A DNA stretch of 64,000 nucleotides from Podarcis erhardii (GCA_964252035.1 OZ176206.1); one strand, 5' to 3'. Positions 35,929 to 48,560 are shown, numbered from the stretch's first letter. Program-made: numbers and translations. Notes: generated by a model not told the origin, from the sequence alone.

Positions 35929-36631
35929 CAGTGGCGTAGCGTGGGGGGTGCCAGGGGTGCCGGCCGCACCGGGCGCAACTTGGGCAGGGGCGCACTCGCA
36001 CTAGCAGCTCTCTGCCCCTACTAAAATCCACTGGTTAGGGAGCCCGCGCTCGCTCGGCTTGGCGAGGAGGTCGCAGAAGGGGGAGAGCAAAGCCTTCTGC
36101 CGCTGGCAAAAAAAGGAGAGGAAGCCGGGCGGGCGGGCGGGCTGGCTGGCTCGCGGGGGTCTGGCTGCGCCTGCTGCTGCCGTTGCCGCTGCTGCCGGGC
36201 TTTGACAGCTTGGCGAAGCAGAGGGAGAGGTAATTGCGTCTCTCTTTCCACTGGCCGCCTGGGTAGTGAGCCGAGCGGAGCAGGGAGTCTGGCGAGGGGG
36301 CGGGAAGAGACTTTCCCCCCTTTTTCCCACCTCGCCTGGTCAAAAAGGAGAGCGGAGTCTCCTCAGGGTGCCCTCAGGCAGGGCAGGGCAAGGCAAGCAG
36401 AGCGAGGAGGAGAGAGAGGGGAAGGGGGGGGGGAGCAGCCAGGAAACGACGCGGTGTGGAGGGGGAATCAATTAAGGAGAGAAGCCTCGCTGCTGCTGCT
36501 GCTTGGGAGAGTAAATTACTGTACTTGCCTTGCCCCGGGTTAGGGGGCGCAAATTATTTGCCTTGCCCCGGGTTGGGGGGCGCAAATTACTTGCCTTGCC
36601 CCGGGTGCTGATAACCCACGCTACGCCGCTG
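35929..36631. mobile_element. 703-bp GC/CpG-rich non-autonomous hAT element
   Basis: TIRs CAGTGGCGTAGCGTGGG / CCCACGCTACGCCGCTG; TSD GACTCAAC at 35921-35928 and 36632-36639; three ~33-bp tandem repeats at 36524-36606. Confidence 0.92.
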
Positions 36632-38084
36632 GACTCAACTTCCTGTCTGCAGCTACTGCTGTCTGATATTCTGTAAGTGCTCTCCTTCCTTCCCTATTAA
36701 TACTGTGCTTATTAGTGCAAAGTACATAACCTAATGACTCCCCCTTGCCATGCCTGCTGTTGCTAGATGGAATTTTAAAAATTTGTTGGGTCTGATGGCT
36801 TTTTTAGATAATATTTAGCAACTGATGCTGCACGTTAGCTACAACCTAGTGCTCGCCAGAGGTTATGTGCAAAAGGTGCTCCCTTATATTGAGTCTGTCC
36901 ATCTAGTGCTTCTAGCAGGGGTCCCCTGTAGGCCTACCTAAAGATGCCAAGGATTAAACATGGGACCTTCTGCATGCAAGCAGTTCTTCTCCAACTCCCG
37001 TCAGTCCCAACCAGCATGGCCAATGGTCAGGGATGATGGGAGTTGTAGTTCAGCAGCATCTGGAGGGCATCAGGATGGAGACAGGTGCTACTATGTTGAT
37101 CAAGTGTGATGAAATAGGGAGGGAAGGACATGTGTATACTTAGTATCAGCTTGTTCTTTCATGGCAGAAGTAGACTTTATGAGAGACACAGAGTTGGGTT
37201 TATTGCATATCTGTTTTCTGCTTCTTCATATAACGCAACATGTAGCATGACAACACCACACTGCACATTCCTTGGCACACAATAGTTGATTGTGTGGCAT
37301 GGGGGCAGGGAAACATACAGCATAATGAACCACATTAATGGTTGTGTCATAGGATACACGTTAGCAAGAATCACTGAGACAATAAGCAGTAGGGGCTCTG
37401 TGCTTCTTGAAAAGTTGAGGTCTGCCCAAGTTACAGGATTCACAGTGTCCAGCCTTATTCAGCTGTAGTGATCTCAGTCTGAAAAACCAGACAGAGAAGC
37501 AGCAGCATTTCCTGAAAGCGCCCTCCTTTCTCTTGCCTTGTTTCAATACTGCTGGGGTTTGTTAAACCACAGTAGTGGGAAACTGTGGTTTCACTTCCAA
37601 CTACATTCACACTGTGTTTCACAATCCCGGCTTCTAATTAGAGCTTAAACCACAGTTTCCCAGATCAGATATAAAATAGTGAAACAAGCCTGAGAAGCAC
37701 TGCATAAAGTTGTAAGAGAGAAAGGAGGGAACAAAGCAGGTAATGCATGCCCAAACCTCTTCTTCTGGTAAACCATGGTTTGTCAGACTGAGATCGTTCT
37801 GTATCTGAACTAGGCCACTATCTTAGACATCACCTAGTATACATAACAGCAAGCAGCCACAGTAGCATGATAGACCCTCCGTGTTCAGATGCAGTTTGAG
37901 TACCGGGCACTATGGACAAACAGCAGGAGAGAAGTCTTCATGTCTTGCTCTTAAGTTTCCCAGAGGTAGCTGGTTGACCACCTTTGGTGAGAAAATGCCA
38001 GACTAGATGGACCTTTGATCTGATCAGACAGGCAGTTCTCATAATGTTCTAGCTTGCCATGATTCCAGAAACGTCAGCCCTAAA

Positions 38085-38235
38085 ATATGCTCTCCTCCTC
38101 TTCCAATGTATCCTCAGTCTCATTCATCTTCTCTTTCTGTTTCTCCTGCTCCAATTTCTTGTTGTTCTTCTCCTTCTCATCTTCCTTCTGCTCCTCCTCC
38201 TTTTTCTCTTTCTCCCCCTCCTTTTCTTTCTTCTC
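38085..38235. repeat. Pyrimidine-rich low-complexity tract (TCT/TCC)n
   Basis: Seen directly; it explains the spurious E/K-rich and L/F-rich ORFs here. Confidence 0.85.
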
Positions 38236-39861
38236 TTCCATTGCCACATTTCCCCCCCACAAAAAGTCCTCTCTTCTTACCATTACGAAGAGCACAGTCG
38301 ATGACCATGCTACTGCAGATGGAAGCCACTTCCCTGAGTCCCTAATGAGTGGCTGCAGTCTCATAGAATCAGCCCAGTCCATTTCAACATATGCTTAGCC
38401 TGGAATGCAAATCTGCTAGTCAACACATATCGGCCCAGCTCACAGAGTGAAATGTTGCCTGTCTCTGTCCAGCTGGGGAAAGGGAGTTTGTGTAGACTTC
38501 AAACTGTGTAATAGAAAAATTCCCAATTTAAATGTTTTCACTGACAAGACAGATTAATCTTTTTAAAAAAATAAATAAATCTGGTATTACTAAAGCGGTC
38601 ATTCTCCTTTGTCCATAACCTGCACACAGTTTAACTATGAATCTTTGTCTTTTTAAATATTGTATTAATAGATTTAGAAAGCCTAAAAAAAAACAAAAAA
38701 CCTTTTTTAATTTCAATGATTTTTTCTGTATCGTATCCTTCTAAAAACTAACGTTTTTATATGGTAAGCACATACAAACCTTCTGGCATTTTTGTTATGA
38801 TTATATATAATATATAAATATATATTAAAGAAAGCCAAATTAAAATGTTCCATCCATTTCTTTGTGTGTAATGAAATGAAATCAGCTTACACCTCTCTCT
38901 CTTTTTTAAAAGATATTTTGGCAAATGAAGAGAAGTCTTTCTTCTTCACTTCTATGGTGCTGAAAGGAATATGGTTGATGCAAATGATATAATAAAATTT
39001 TAAGGCTAAAAAATACACTTTCTGTCTATTATGGATTCTATGGGCAAGATATTAGTGTGAAAGAAGGGGCAGAACATCTGGTGTAAAACACATATCTCAC
39101 CCTCATATTTCTAAACAGAACTTCTAAAGGCATCAAGGACATGGTTGTGGCACCATATATGCACTACATATATGGTGTATGTGGTTTGCCACATTTGGTG
39201 CAATCTGGCCGCATCAGTGTAAGAAAAATCTACAATGTGTTTACTTCAATTTACTTGGTTTACAGAGCATAAACATCAGACACAGTGTGGGGTTATCAGT
39301 ACAGCCACAACAAAAGAAAAAGAAAAAAAGGGGGGGGAGACAATAGACATTTCCATGAGAAATAGATAGAAATACCAACCATTTTGACTCAGAACTCTTT
39401 CCTTTAAAAGTTGTCCCCTGACTCTGATGATGACAGCAAGGAGCGTGGCTATACATTTCCATGATTGCAGGGCTGGAATCCACCATTAAAGCCTGGGACA
39501 CAGAATTCCCCAAGGATAGGGAAAGTACTCAGCAAATAAAAAGGGATTTAATAATTCTATAAAAATTGCAATATAGGAGAACACACACAACCCAACTGCC
39601 AGAATCCAACAGGTTTGGGGGGATTCTGAGCTAGAATCAGGGTTTCCCATGTTTGAAACAGATTCTAAAATGGCAGACATTCAAGTGGAAAATGGCCTGC
39701 CAGACTCAGGGATTTTGTGGCTTGAACCATTAGCCTCTGAGGCTTGGGGCCAACTTAGTGTGCACTGGGCTTGTTTGCAGTCAGGGCTCTTTCCAGGTGC
39801 GGAAGGGACCATTGGGGCGGTATGTACAGAAGCAACACCCATGATTGTTAGGCGGCATGTA

Positions 39862-40120
39862 CCGTATTTTTTGCTCTATAAGACTCACTTTTTCCCTCCT
39901 AAAAAGTAAGGGGAAATGTGTGTGCGTCTTATGGAGCGAATGCAGGCTGCTCAGCTATCCCAGAAGCCAGAACAGCAAGAGGGATTGCTGCTTTCACTGT
40001 GCAGCGATCCCTCTTGCTGTTCTGGCTTCTGAGATTCAGAATATTTTTTTTCTTGTTTTCCTCCTCCAAAAACTAGATGCGTCTTGTGGTCTGGTGCGTC
40101 TTATAGAGCGAAAAATACGG
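39862..40120. mobile_element. Tc1/pogo MITE
   Basis: TA|CCGTATTTTTTGCTCTATAAGAC ... GTCTTATAGAGCGAAAAATACGG|TA. Confidence 0.88.
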
Positions 40121-40267
40121 TACTTAAAATATTAAAATCCAACCTTTAAATGAAATTAACTATATTAAAACCAGGAAACAGCACAATGGCAACATAGCCG
40201 TCAAAACATTACAATTTGTAAGGGAAAGGAAGAACCATTTTCTGCCCCCCCCCAAGCCCTGCAAATA

Positions 40268-40499
40268 CAGTGGTACCTCGGGTTACAGACGCTTCAGGTT
40301 ACAGACTCCGCTAACCCAGAAATACCTGTAGTACCTCAGGTTAAGAACTTTGCTTCAGGATGAGAACAGAAATTGCGTGCTGGCGGCGCAGCAGCTGCGG
40401 GAGACCCCATTAGCTAAAGTGGTACCTCAGTTTAAGAACAGTTTCAGGTTAAGAATGGACCTCCAGAACGAATTAAGTTCTTAACTCGAGGTACCACTG
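40268..40499. mobile_element. Tc1/pogo (Tigger-like) MITE
   Basis: TA|CAGTGGTACCTCGGGTTA ... TAACTCGAGGTACCACTG|TA; same TIR family as 10801-11042. Confidence 0.9.
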
Positions 40500-40700
40500 T
40501 AAAGGTTTTTATGTTCTGCTGTAGTAATTAGAAAAAAAAGTCCACTAAATGTTTCCAGAATGGAACCACCTGCTTTTATGCATCTGTAATAACTGTCAGA
40601 GGCAATCTGCCTCTAAATACCAGGTGCTGGGAACCACAGAATGGCGGTTTCAGGCCTTGGGCAGAATCCTTTAGTCTATCTTCTTAAATGGGGGGGGGGC

Positions 40701-41084
40701 TGTGAAGTGGTGACCCACACCCCCCTTGTGGTGGTGATCCCAGGGTTCCCCTTTAAAGGGGTCTTGAGGGAAGGCATTGGCCATACGCCGAGAGGTTGTC
40801 ATTGCTCTCCCCTCCAACAGCGGCGAAACGGAGGGCAGACTCTCTGCTTGAACATATGTTCTCCAGAGCCAGCCCAATCCCCACACATTCTGGATAACCC
40901 TGATGTCTCCCAGATCCCTGGCTGGGGACTGGGAAGGATAAACACCCAATGCCTGAGGCAAGGTCTCCCTACATCTGAAATTTAATAAAGTTGTGGCCAA
41001 TTTTAATCCCATAGCACGTTGTCTTGAGTCATTATTCTGCTCGGGGGTCGCCTGGGGGTTGGGGGGACTCCACCTGTCCACGCA
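40701..41084 (+). mobile_element. Probable solo LTR
   Basis: TG...CA ends, AATAAA at 40984-40989 followed by a GT/T-rich U5-like stretch. TSD unclear (left flank atg(g)9c, right flank atgggc). Confidence 0.5.
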
Positions 41085-41360
41085 ATGGGCCTTCTCTACA
41101 GTGGCCCCCATCTGCAGAATGCTCTCCCCAGGGAAGTTTGCCTGGCGCCTTCATTATACACCTTTAAGCGCCAGGCAAAAACGTTCCTTTTTAACCAGGC
41201 CTTTGGTTGATCTGATTGACATCTGATTGGGTATACCCTTTTAAAATGTGGCTCTTGGGGGGGGGGGTTATTGGGTTGTTGTTTTTATTTTGATTATATA
41301 TACTGTGGTTTTTATGTTGATCTTTTCTGTGAACCGCACTATAGGGCAGTATATAAATTC
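41085..41360 (+). mobile_element. L2 LINE 3' end
   Basis: gggccttctctacagtggc...gcgccaggcaaaaacgttcc...ctgtgaaccgc; homologous to 20400-20650. Confidence 0.8.
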
Positions 41361-44294
41361 AATTCATAATAATACAGGTGGCATTTATACAATACTGTTT
41401 ATACAAGGTGGTCTTGAAAATAGGAATGGGAGGTATCGGATTGGGATGTAATTTTTGTCCCAGTCTTTGAGTCCCAGTCACGGGGATCTGACTCTCCCAG
41501 TGTCCTATCAATAGGAATCAATAGCAGAAACACCAATTTGAGCCTCGTCTGAATCTGCCAGACCCGAATTTCACCCCTAACTTCAAAGCTAATTGCACTC
41601 ACAAAACTTCATTAAGCTGACACGTCCTTCTGTGTGGATCAAAACTCTGCTGCCTTTGTTATTTAGAGGCCGGCCCTTGAGCAAGTTAGTATTGATCTGA
41701 GGTCGGTCCAGGCTCCCAAATCAGCTGAAATTCATCAAATACACACAAGCTCGAAGGAGTTTGACTTCTATTGATTGCAACACAAGCACCAAAGCCAAAG
41801 CATCCGGTTTGCTTTTCTGCCCCCTTTCCCTTGAATTTTTCTCAAGGGTTGCTAATCAGAAGCCATACAGGCAAGCTGAGCTGAAATCTGTGTTTCTTCT
41901 CTCGTCAGAGAAAAAGGAAATCAATAGAACTCAGGCTAATAAGACTATGTACAGGACGATGTTGTTTTTAATGAGCTCTCTCTTACACACACAAACACAC
42001 ACATCTTGTGAGACAAGACAACATCTCCCTAGCTGCTGCTTTCAGTATTGCTAGCATCCCATTTACAGTCAAAACGCCTGACTTGAGCACTTCAGCTTTC
42101 AATAAAGGAGGCCCCCCAAGACCACAAATATTCATTCTTGGGCATTAAACCAGCCTCCTAAGTGGTCTTATATGGGGGTGTTCAAAGAACATTGCTAGCT
42201 TTATATACTGGACAGTGGTAGGAAATCCCTGGTCCAGGGTCCTAATTTGGTCCATGAGGCAATTTCCCTTAACACCAAACCCACCTGACTCACAAATGAT
42301 GTTATATGTGATGACAGGCATCCTGCGAAAGAAGAATCAGGAACTTCAAGTGCACTCATGAATGTTTATTTGCAAGGAATTGTTGCTAACAGCACCGACC
42401 AAGCATGCCCCCTCCTTTTTTGTATTCCACTTACCTAAGGCAGCTGCATCACTTTGTTTACTGGTAGGACTGGCCCTAAAATGCAGGTCTTTCAGAGGAT
42501 TTTGATGAATGTGAAAGTTAGGGGTATTGCAATTATTATTGCTTTTGAACCATTCATGTTGAAATAAATGATTCATATTTTTTAGGATGTACTGCTAATC
42601 TGTCATGGCTCAGCAAGGATCTGTCCCAGGTGGTTGAGTTTGGGGGACAGAAGGGGTAGGTAGCTTGCTGTTGATCCAAATCAGGCAGAGCCAGGTTTGT
42701 GGTTCAAGGGTCAAGTTCAAAGGCAGTAAAAGAGGGTCAAAAGGGACAGAGGTGTACAATCCAAACCAATCAGGGACAAGATCTCAGGTTGCAACTGAGG
42801 AGAGGGAGCCGGGCCTTGAGATAAGTTGCTCAGTTATTGTGTTTTTGAATGTCTTGGTAAGACAGAACACCATTAATCAAAAAGAGGCATTCGCCTATCC
42901 TTAATTAACACATATATCTAAGATGATGTGCCTCATTTACAGGCAAAGATCTTCTAAGCCCTAAACTCATAGATGTTGAGAAAGCATATAGCTTCCCCCA
43001 AAGCACTTACACAGCTCAGGATGAAGAACCAGAATCCAGATGAGCTCAGGCACTAATGGTTGGGGTCATTAGCATAGCCAGTATTGATGTCCGAGCACCC
43101 TTATTCACTGAACTAAAATGGAATTTGCCTTACAGATATACACGTTGAACATTAACCAACACTTGTTCTGCAGCATCAGAACAAAACCTTGTACATATCA
43201 CTGAGAAAGGGACCGGCTCATACATTCACTGCTGCATTGTGACAAACACACTGCTGTTCAGTGGTAATAGTGAAAGAGGGGAGCACAACTGTAAAAAGTC
43301 CTATTTCTTTCTGCTTTGTGTTCATGACTCAACAGAATATGAACTGGAAGCTGCTTTGCGGGGCACCACAAAGGATTCTCCCAAGCTTTTAAGAGGTTGG
43401 GTCACCCATGCTGCACTCACAGGCACCAATGTGCCTGCTAGTAATACCTCTTATGGTGCCAGGAAAAGTCTCAGTAAATATCCCCTCAAAAATCCACAAT
43501 GCAAGGACGACTGCCTGCTCCTACATGGAATATGCCCCCTGAAGCATGCCCACATTTCACAGGATGCCAGGACTGGTCACCAACCTTCCTTCTGTTCTAA
43601 ACAGAAGAAGGGTTCAAACAGCTTCCTTCTGTGTGTAAGCATAGCAGTGGGTGATGTAGGTGCTTTTTCCCATTCATTGGGGGCAGGGAGAGTGGCTGGG
43701 GAGGGCATTTTATAATCCTTTCTCTTTCTGCTCCTTTAAATGTATCCTTACAAAAATCCTGTGAGGTAGGTTAGAGTGAGATGGTGACTGGGCCCAGGGT
43801 TACCCAGTGAGCTTCATCAGAAGTAGCACTTAAGGCATGCCTATAGGTTCATAATAGTTTAATTATTTAAAAACAAGTGGGACTTGCAACAAAATGTCGC
43901 CATGCAGAGTATTCCTGTTCAGGGTTCCAGTAAACCAGTAACCCTTTTCTAGGATACTCCATTCCAACTGCCCTCCATTCCCACACCACAGCAGTCAATG
44001 AGCCCAGCCCTAACCCTTTGGGCTTCCCCCAAATAATTTTTGTATTTCTGCAAACTATGCTGCATTCCCATTCCTCCTTGTGTGGATGGCTTATGCTACA
44101 AAAGGGATTCACTCAGAGAATGAGTTCACTATTAGTACATAGGATAAAATAAAGATACATTTCCTACTTTCTACCGATGGTTCCAGAAAGGAGTTGGTTA
44201 CCATCTAAATACCTTTTCAATAACATTGTGTATCCTTTTGATATTGCACACAAAAACACCTCCCTGATGCTGTTGATTAAGTGGGCAAAGGCTT

Positions 44295-44313
44295 TAGCGC
44301 CCTCTAGTGGATC
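44295..44313 (-). promoter_or_regulatory. Candidate CTCF binding site
   Basis: + strand TAGCGCCCTCTAGTGGATC; reverse complement GATCCACTAGAGGGCGCTA closely matches the CTCF core consensus and keeps its CpG. Confidence 0.65.
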
Positions 44314-45332
44314 TCATAAAGGATGGACACTCAAGGTCTTCAACAATAATCTCAACTGCTGCCTATTATTATAGCAGTAGTTTTCAACTGTGACCCATCA
44401 GACATTTCTAAAGAGAAGATTGGTAACTAGGGGTGGGCATGGAGGCACATGCTTGTCATCCCTGAATGATCCACCTGTGCAATTTGTGGCCAGTGGGGTG
44501 TACTTGGTGTGTTCTGCGCCAGCAGCCTAAATGGATTTAGTCTGCACCCTAGGACAGGTTATTAGATTGCATACAATGTGCTGAGGTTCCATAGCAGACA
44601 TGCAGATATTTTCAGCAAATGAAGGGAAGGGAGCTCCAGAAACTGAATCTATTGAATCAGCATTGCCACAAGTCAGGGCATTGGTATACCGCACCCAGCC
44701 AGGGTTTCAGACAATGATCATTCCCACCTTTTACTTCCTATAGTTCTCTCAACTGAAGTTGCTGGGGCTTGAAATTGGAACCTTGTGCATGCAAGTTTGT
44801 AAAACTTCATTGTAGTCTTCTTTATATACCAACACTTGAAGGAATTTGCAAATTACTTAAGATGAAAAGGAATACTATGCAGAAGTTGAGAAGGGATGCC
44901 ATCACTGTCTGGCCAAAGGAGGAAACTGTGAGGAAACCAGCCAGACCAGCAACAATAGGGTGGCAGAACAAGCCTGGTTCCTAGAAAGCAACAAGGGAAT
45001 CTTCTGAAGCTGCAGCTGTCAATGATTCAGTCCTCACATTAACAAGGGGAAACAATCTGAAGCAGTCTCATCAGCATGATTATATCTGAATATAGCATTA
45101 TTACTATTCATAACCTGATTCAGGCAGCATTTTTAAAGCTTTACATTTAGCCGGCATATATAGGATTTCGCAAGTAATCTCCCATCCAGGCATGAACCAG
45201 AGCCATACCAGCTTACACTTTAGCAACATGGCTGCATGTGTATAACCTTCAGACAATGCCTGGGGGGTCAGTAATAGCTGCTGTAACCCAAAAGAAGAGA
45301 AGAGAAGCCCATCATAGCTATCTCTTGATATA

Positions 45333-45338
45333 TTTATT
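45333..45338 (-). terminator. Candidate PRMT7 polyadenylation signal AATAAA, about 70 nt after the stop
   Basis: TTTATT on the + strand; first canonical hexamer I saw downstream of the stop. Use is not demonstrated. Confidence 0.45.
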
Positions 45339-45408
45339 AAGATCTGGTCAAAAAAGAATTGGGGGGGGGAGGGGGAACAGGAAGGTTTTTGATTGGAAAG
45401 CTGCCACA

Positions 45409-45570
45409 TTAATCCAAGAGCTTAAAATCCATGATAACATTGCCTGTCTTTGGGTTGAAGCTTAGGGTGTATGCAACTGCAGAGGGGTTATCAATGGGAG
45501 GTTCTGACCCAGTATCTGAACTGAAGAAAAACACAGCCTGTTTGCAGTGGGGAGTCCATTGACAATAGCC
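45409..45570 (-). CDS. PRMT7: PRMT7 last coding exon, GYCQWTPHCKQAVFFFSSDTGSEPPIDNPSAVAYTLSFNPKTGNVIMDFKLLD* (53 aa + TAA)
   Basis: Not in the ORF track. ttctgcag|GGC acceptor. WxPHCKQAV motif. Stop TAA at + coordinates 45409-45411. Confidence 0.95.
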   Translation of the reverse strand, partial: GYCQWTPHCKQAVFFFSSDTGSEPPIDNPSAVAYTLSFNPKTGNVIMDFKLLD

Positions 45571-46402
45571 CTGCAGAAACAAGCAGAAGAAAGATAATCA
45601 GCTCTGATAAAAAAAAATACAATATGCTAATTTGTCAAGACCAACAGCAATCACTTTACTTTAGGATATCAGCATGCTGATTCATAACAGAATGTGTTGT
45701 TATTATCAATGAAGTCTGAATTCCATACATTCAGGGAACTGCTGCACCAATCTCCACAAGTTGGTGGTCTCATAGGCCTTCAGACTAAGCCCCTAGGACT
45801 TCTGACATCTGGTGAATAACTTGGTAATGCAAATTATTTTGCTCTTTGGAATGGAGGAAACAGCAAACTGGGCTGAACTGGAATGCCAATTACTTGATTA
45901 CCTCCAAGATTTCTAAAGCTGCAGTACTATATAAATTTACATTGTATTGCACACACAAGGTTTCACTCCTGAGTACATATGCTTGGATCGGACTGTAAGA
46001 ATTACAACATACACACAGAAGCTACACTTTTCAAAAAAGGCTAGTGGGGGAACTTCCCCTATGCTCTGGATTGGCAGCAAAATCTTGCACCTAGTGTGTT
46101 AACTAAAAATGGAACATAGCCATCCTATAATACCTCTGACAGATGTCATACTACTGAAAGATACAAATGAATTATAGTTTATACATGTTTCCAATGAGGC
46201 TTCTAAACTGCAAAAGTGAGTCTATGGTAGCATCCAAGCACACTGTTTCCACTGAAAAATTGTGAATTCAGATTTACAACATTTATAAATGTTGGCAATC
46301 AGAAGAAGGTGGAGGTATCTTCCCTATAGAACCATTTCCCCCATCAGCAAAGTCAGGTGCCAGAATTACTGAGCTTTGGAGACCACTTCTGCTCCCAGGC
46401 TT

Positions 46403-46484
46403 TTCATAGAATCATAGAGTTGGAAGAGACCACAAGGGCCATCGAGTCCAACCCCCTGCCAAGCAGGAAACACCATCAGAGCAC
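46403..46484 (-). mobile_element. Short CR1 3' end
   Basis: tcatagaatcatagagttggaagagaccacaagggccatcgagtccaacccc. Confidence 0.85.
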
Positions 46485-46806
46485 TGTTTGACTCCAGCAT
46501 ATGGTACCATGTCTTAATTTAACCTGGATTGTTCTAGTCTTCTTATTGTTTTGTGGATTTTTATTGATTCTTACAGTTTTAAATTATTTAATGTGCTGTA
46601 CAGCACCTTGAGATGAAATCTGAAAGGCGGTAGAAAAATATCTAAATAAATAAATTTGCCTCGCATTTCAGAGAAGACAGAAGACTGATTAAGCCCAAAA
46701 ATGTCCCAAACCATGAGATAGAAGTGAATCACTCAGATTAACATTCTTCTCCCCCCCTCCCCCCCGCCCATGGAGCAGAGTGAAGATGAAAGAGAATTAA
46801 GCATAC

Positions 46807-46903
46807 CTTTTCATTTGAAACCTGCACAAGCCCTGTGGTAACAGAAATGCTGGGTGTCAGGTGATATTCCATCCACAGAACAGCTCCATGGCTCTTCCCA
46901 GTC
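46807..46903 (-). CDS. PRMT7: PRMT7 coding exon, TGKSHGAVLWMEYHLTPSISVTTGLVQVSNEK (97 bp)
   Basis: tttctag|G acceptor, AAG|gtatgc donor. Phase 2 in, phase 0 out. Confidence 0.96.
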
Positions 46904-48209
46904 CTAGAAAGAAAGAAAGCCTCAAGTATTGATTTTCTGCTAACTTTGAAGAACACCAGCACACTGACATACGCACAAATTCTTTTTGAAATATGAATAG
47001 TCTCTTTCCTTCTCGGAAGCAGCCTAGGCCAGAGAGATGAAAGAGCATGAATGCTACACCTATGGGAGCCTGAAACTTCCATCAGCTGGCAGATGGATGT
47101 AGTAAGTAAGCGAAATTTCTTGCAGGAACCAAAACGATGTGTATAGGACAGTAACTGCAGTAACACATTAAAGACCTGAAGCAGGATCTTTCTGCCCTCT
47201 TTCATGCCTATAATTAAGTCAAACCATGACATAGCATGAATGAGCCAACATGTGGGCTCCTGAAGAGGAGACTGCAGCCATTTTTCACCTCCCCAGTCAT
47301 TTTGCTGCTGCAGTGAGTTAATTTGTGGTTTGGCTTAGTGTGTCACCTGAAGCTGGGCTCATGGTTTAGCTCTTCCAGACAAACTACAAGCTGTAAATCA
47401 TAGAACAAACCTTAGTTACAAGATAGTAGTTTGTCTGAAAGCTAAAGCACAAGCTTGCAATTTCTTCTCCAGGAACCTGCACGTTTCCACATGCATGCTA
47501 AGCCATGGTTTGGCTTAGTATAACTCGTGAAGTGGGACCCAGCTTCTTTTGCATTCTGTCTTTCATTTTAAGATTCAGACTTTAACGCAAATATCTACTA
47601 TTTTGGTCTTAGCTTAAATATTTCATGTGTAACTGATGTGATTGACTTGTTTGCTAGCACAAGCTATATGATACAGTCTGAAAAATCTACATCTGATGTT
47701 TAAACAAGAATCATGCTAGAGACAAATATTGATCTTTACTGCACAGGATGTTCCAATACTTTACAGCTGGTACAATGATAACACCATAATTTGGTTCAGT
47801 GGTAACACCACATACTGTGCGCTGGTTGAGAAAGAAATGATCACCCAGGGAACAGATGGCTATATTTGGAGACGAGAAATAAACGTCATTATAAATTGAT
47901 TCAGTCATATGTTGAAATGTAATTTATACATTATTCATTAAGAGCAGTATGTTATCTCATACATGAAATATGTTAATTATTATTAAGCAAATTATAGAAC
48001 TACAAAAGTTTTCTTCAGAAAAATGCATTATTAAATGTAAATGTGATATGAATATGCTTTTGCTCTAAAATCTCAAACACCCATCTGATTTCAGCTCCCA
48101 ATCTTATACCAAGTTACCTCCCTTGAAATAATGGGGTCTATTTATTATGTTTGTTTATTGCTTTTGATTTCTAGGCCCTGAAATTTCCCCTCCTCCTTCT
48201 TTATCATCC

Positions 48210-48560
48210 AGTCATGCTGTCCCAATTTTATGGTTGTTTTTCAGAGCAACCACCAATTCCCTGGGATTTTTTTTTATTTTTGGTAAAGCTGAGCTTGCTT
48301 GGCATATTGCTAATACTGGCTCAGGCACTAAATTCATGGGGATGTTAAAAAGCATGTGGTTCCAACCAGGCAAGTCAGTGAGGAATGATATCATGGTTTA
48401 TGGCTATTAAAACACAATGAGAGATCCAGGAGAATTAGGAGGGACATATTCCCTTGTCTGTCCCTGTCAAAGATCCGCCAGGGTGACCTGGGCAGTTTCC
48501 ATCCAAAAACTAGATTGGAACAGTTGCTAATTCTAGCGATATCAAGTGTGTTAATAATGA
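48210..48560 (-). mobile_element. L2 reverse-transcriptase remnant
   Basis: Translation DRQGNMSLLILLDLSLCFNS resembles the L2 RT motif LLILLDLSAAFDT. Confidence 0.6.

Noticed and set aside
35990-36545. Several 70-113 aa ORFs in GC-rich sequence, resembling a promoter or first exon
   Set aside because: Entirely inside a TIR/TSD-bounded hAT element; long ORFs are expected from high GC; no recognisable protein.
36524-36606. Short direct-repeat arrays (also 25796-25870) superficially like CRISPR
   Set aside because: Eukaryotic DNA, no unique spacers, no cas genes; these are transposon subterminal repeats.
38059-38398. E/K-rich and L/F-rich ORFs
   Set aside because: Translation of a low-complexity pyrimidine tract.
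43239-43715. 158-aa intergenic ORF
   Set aside because: Non-ATG start, no homology I recognise, no flanking exon structure.
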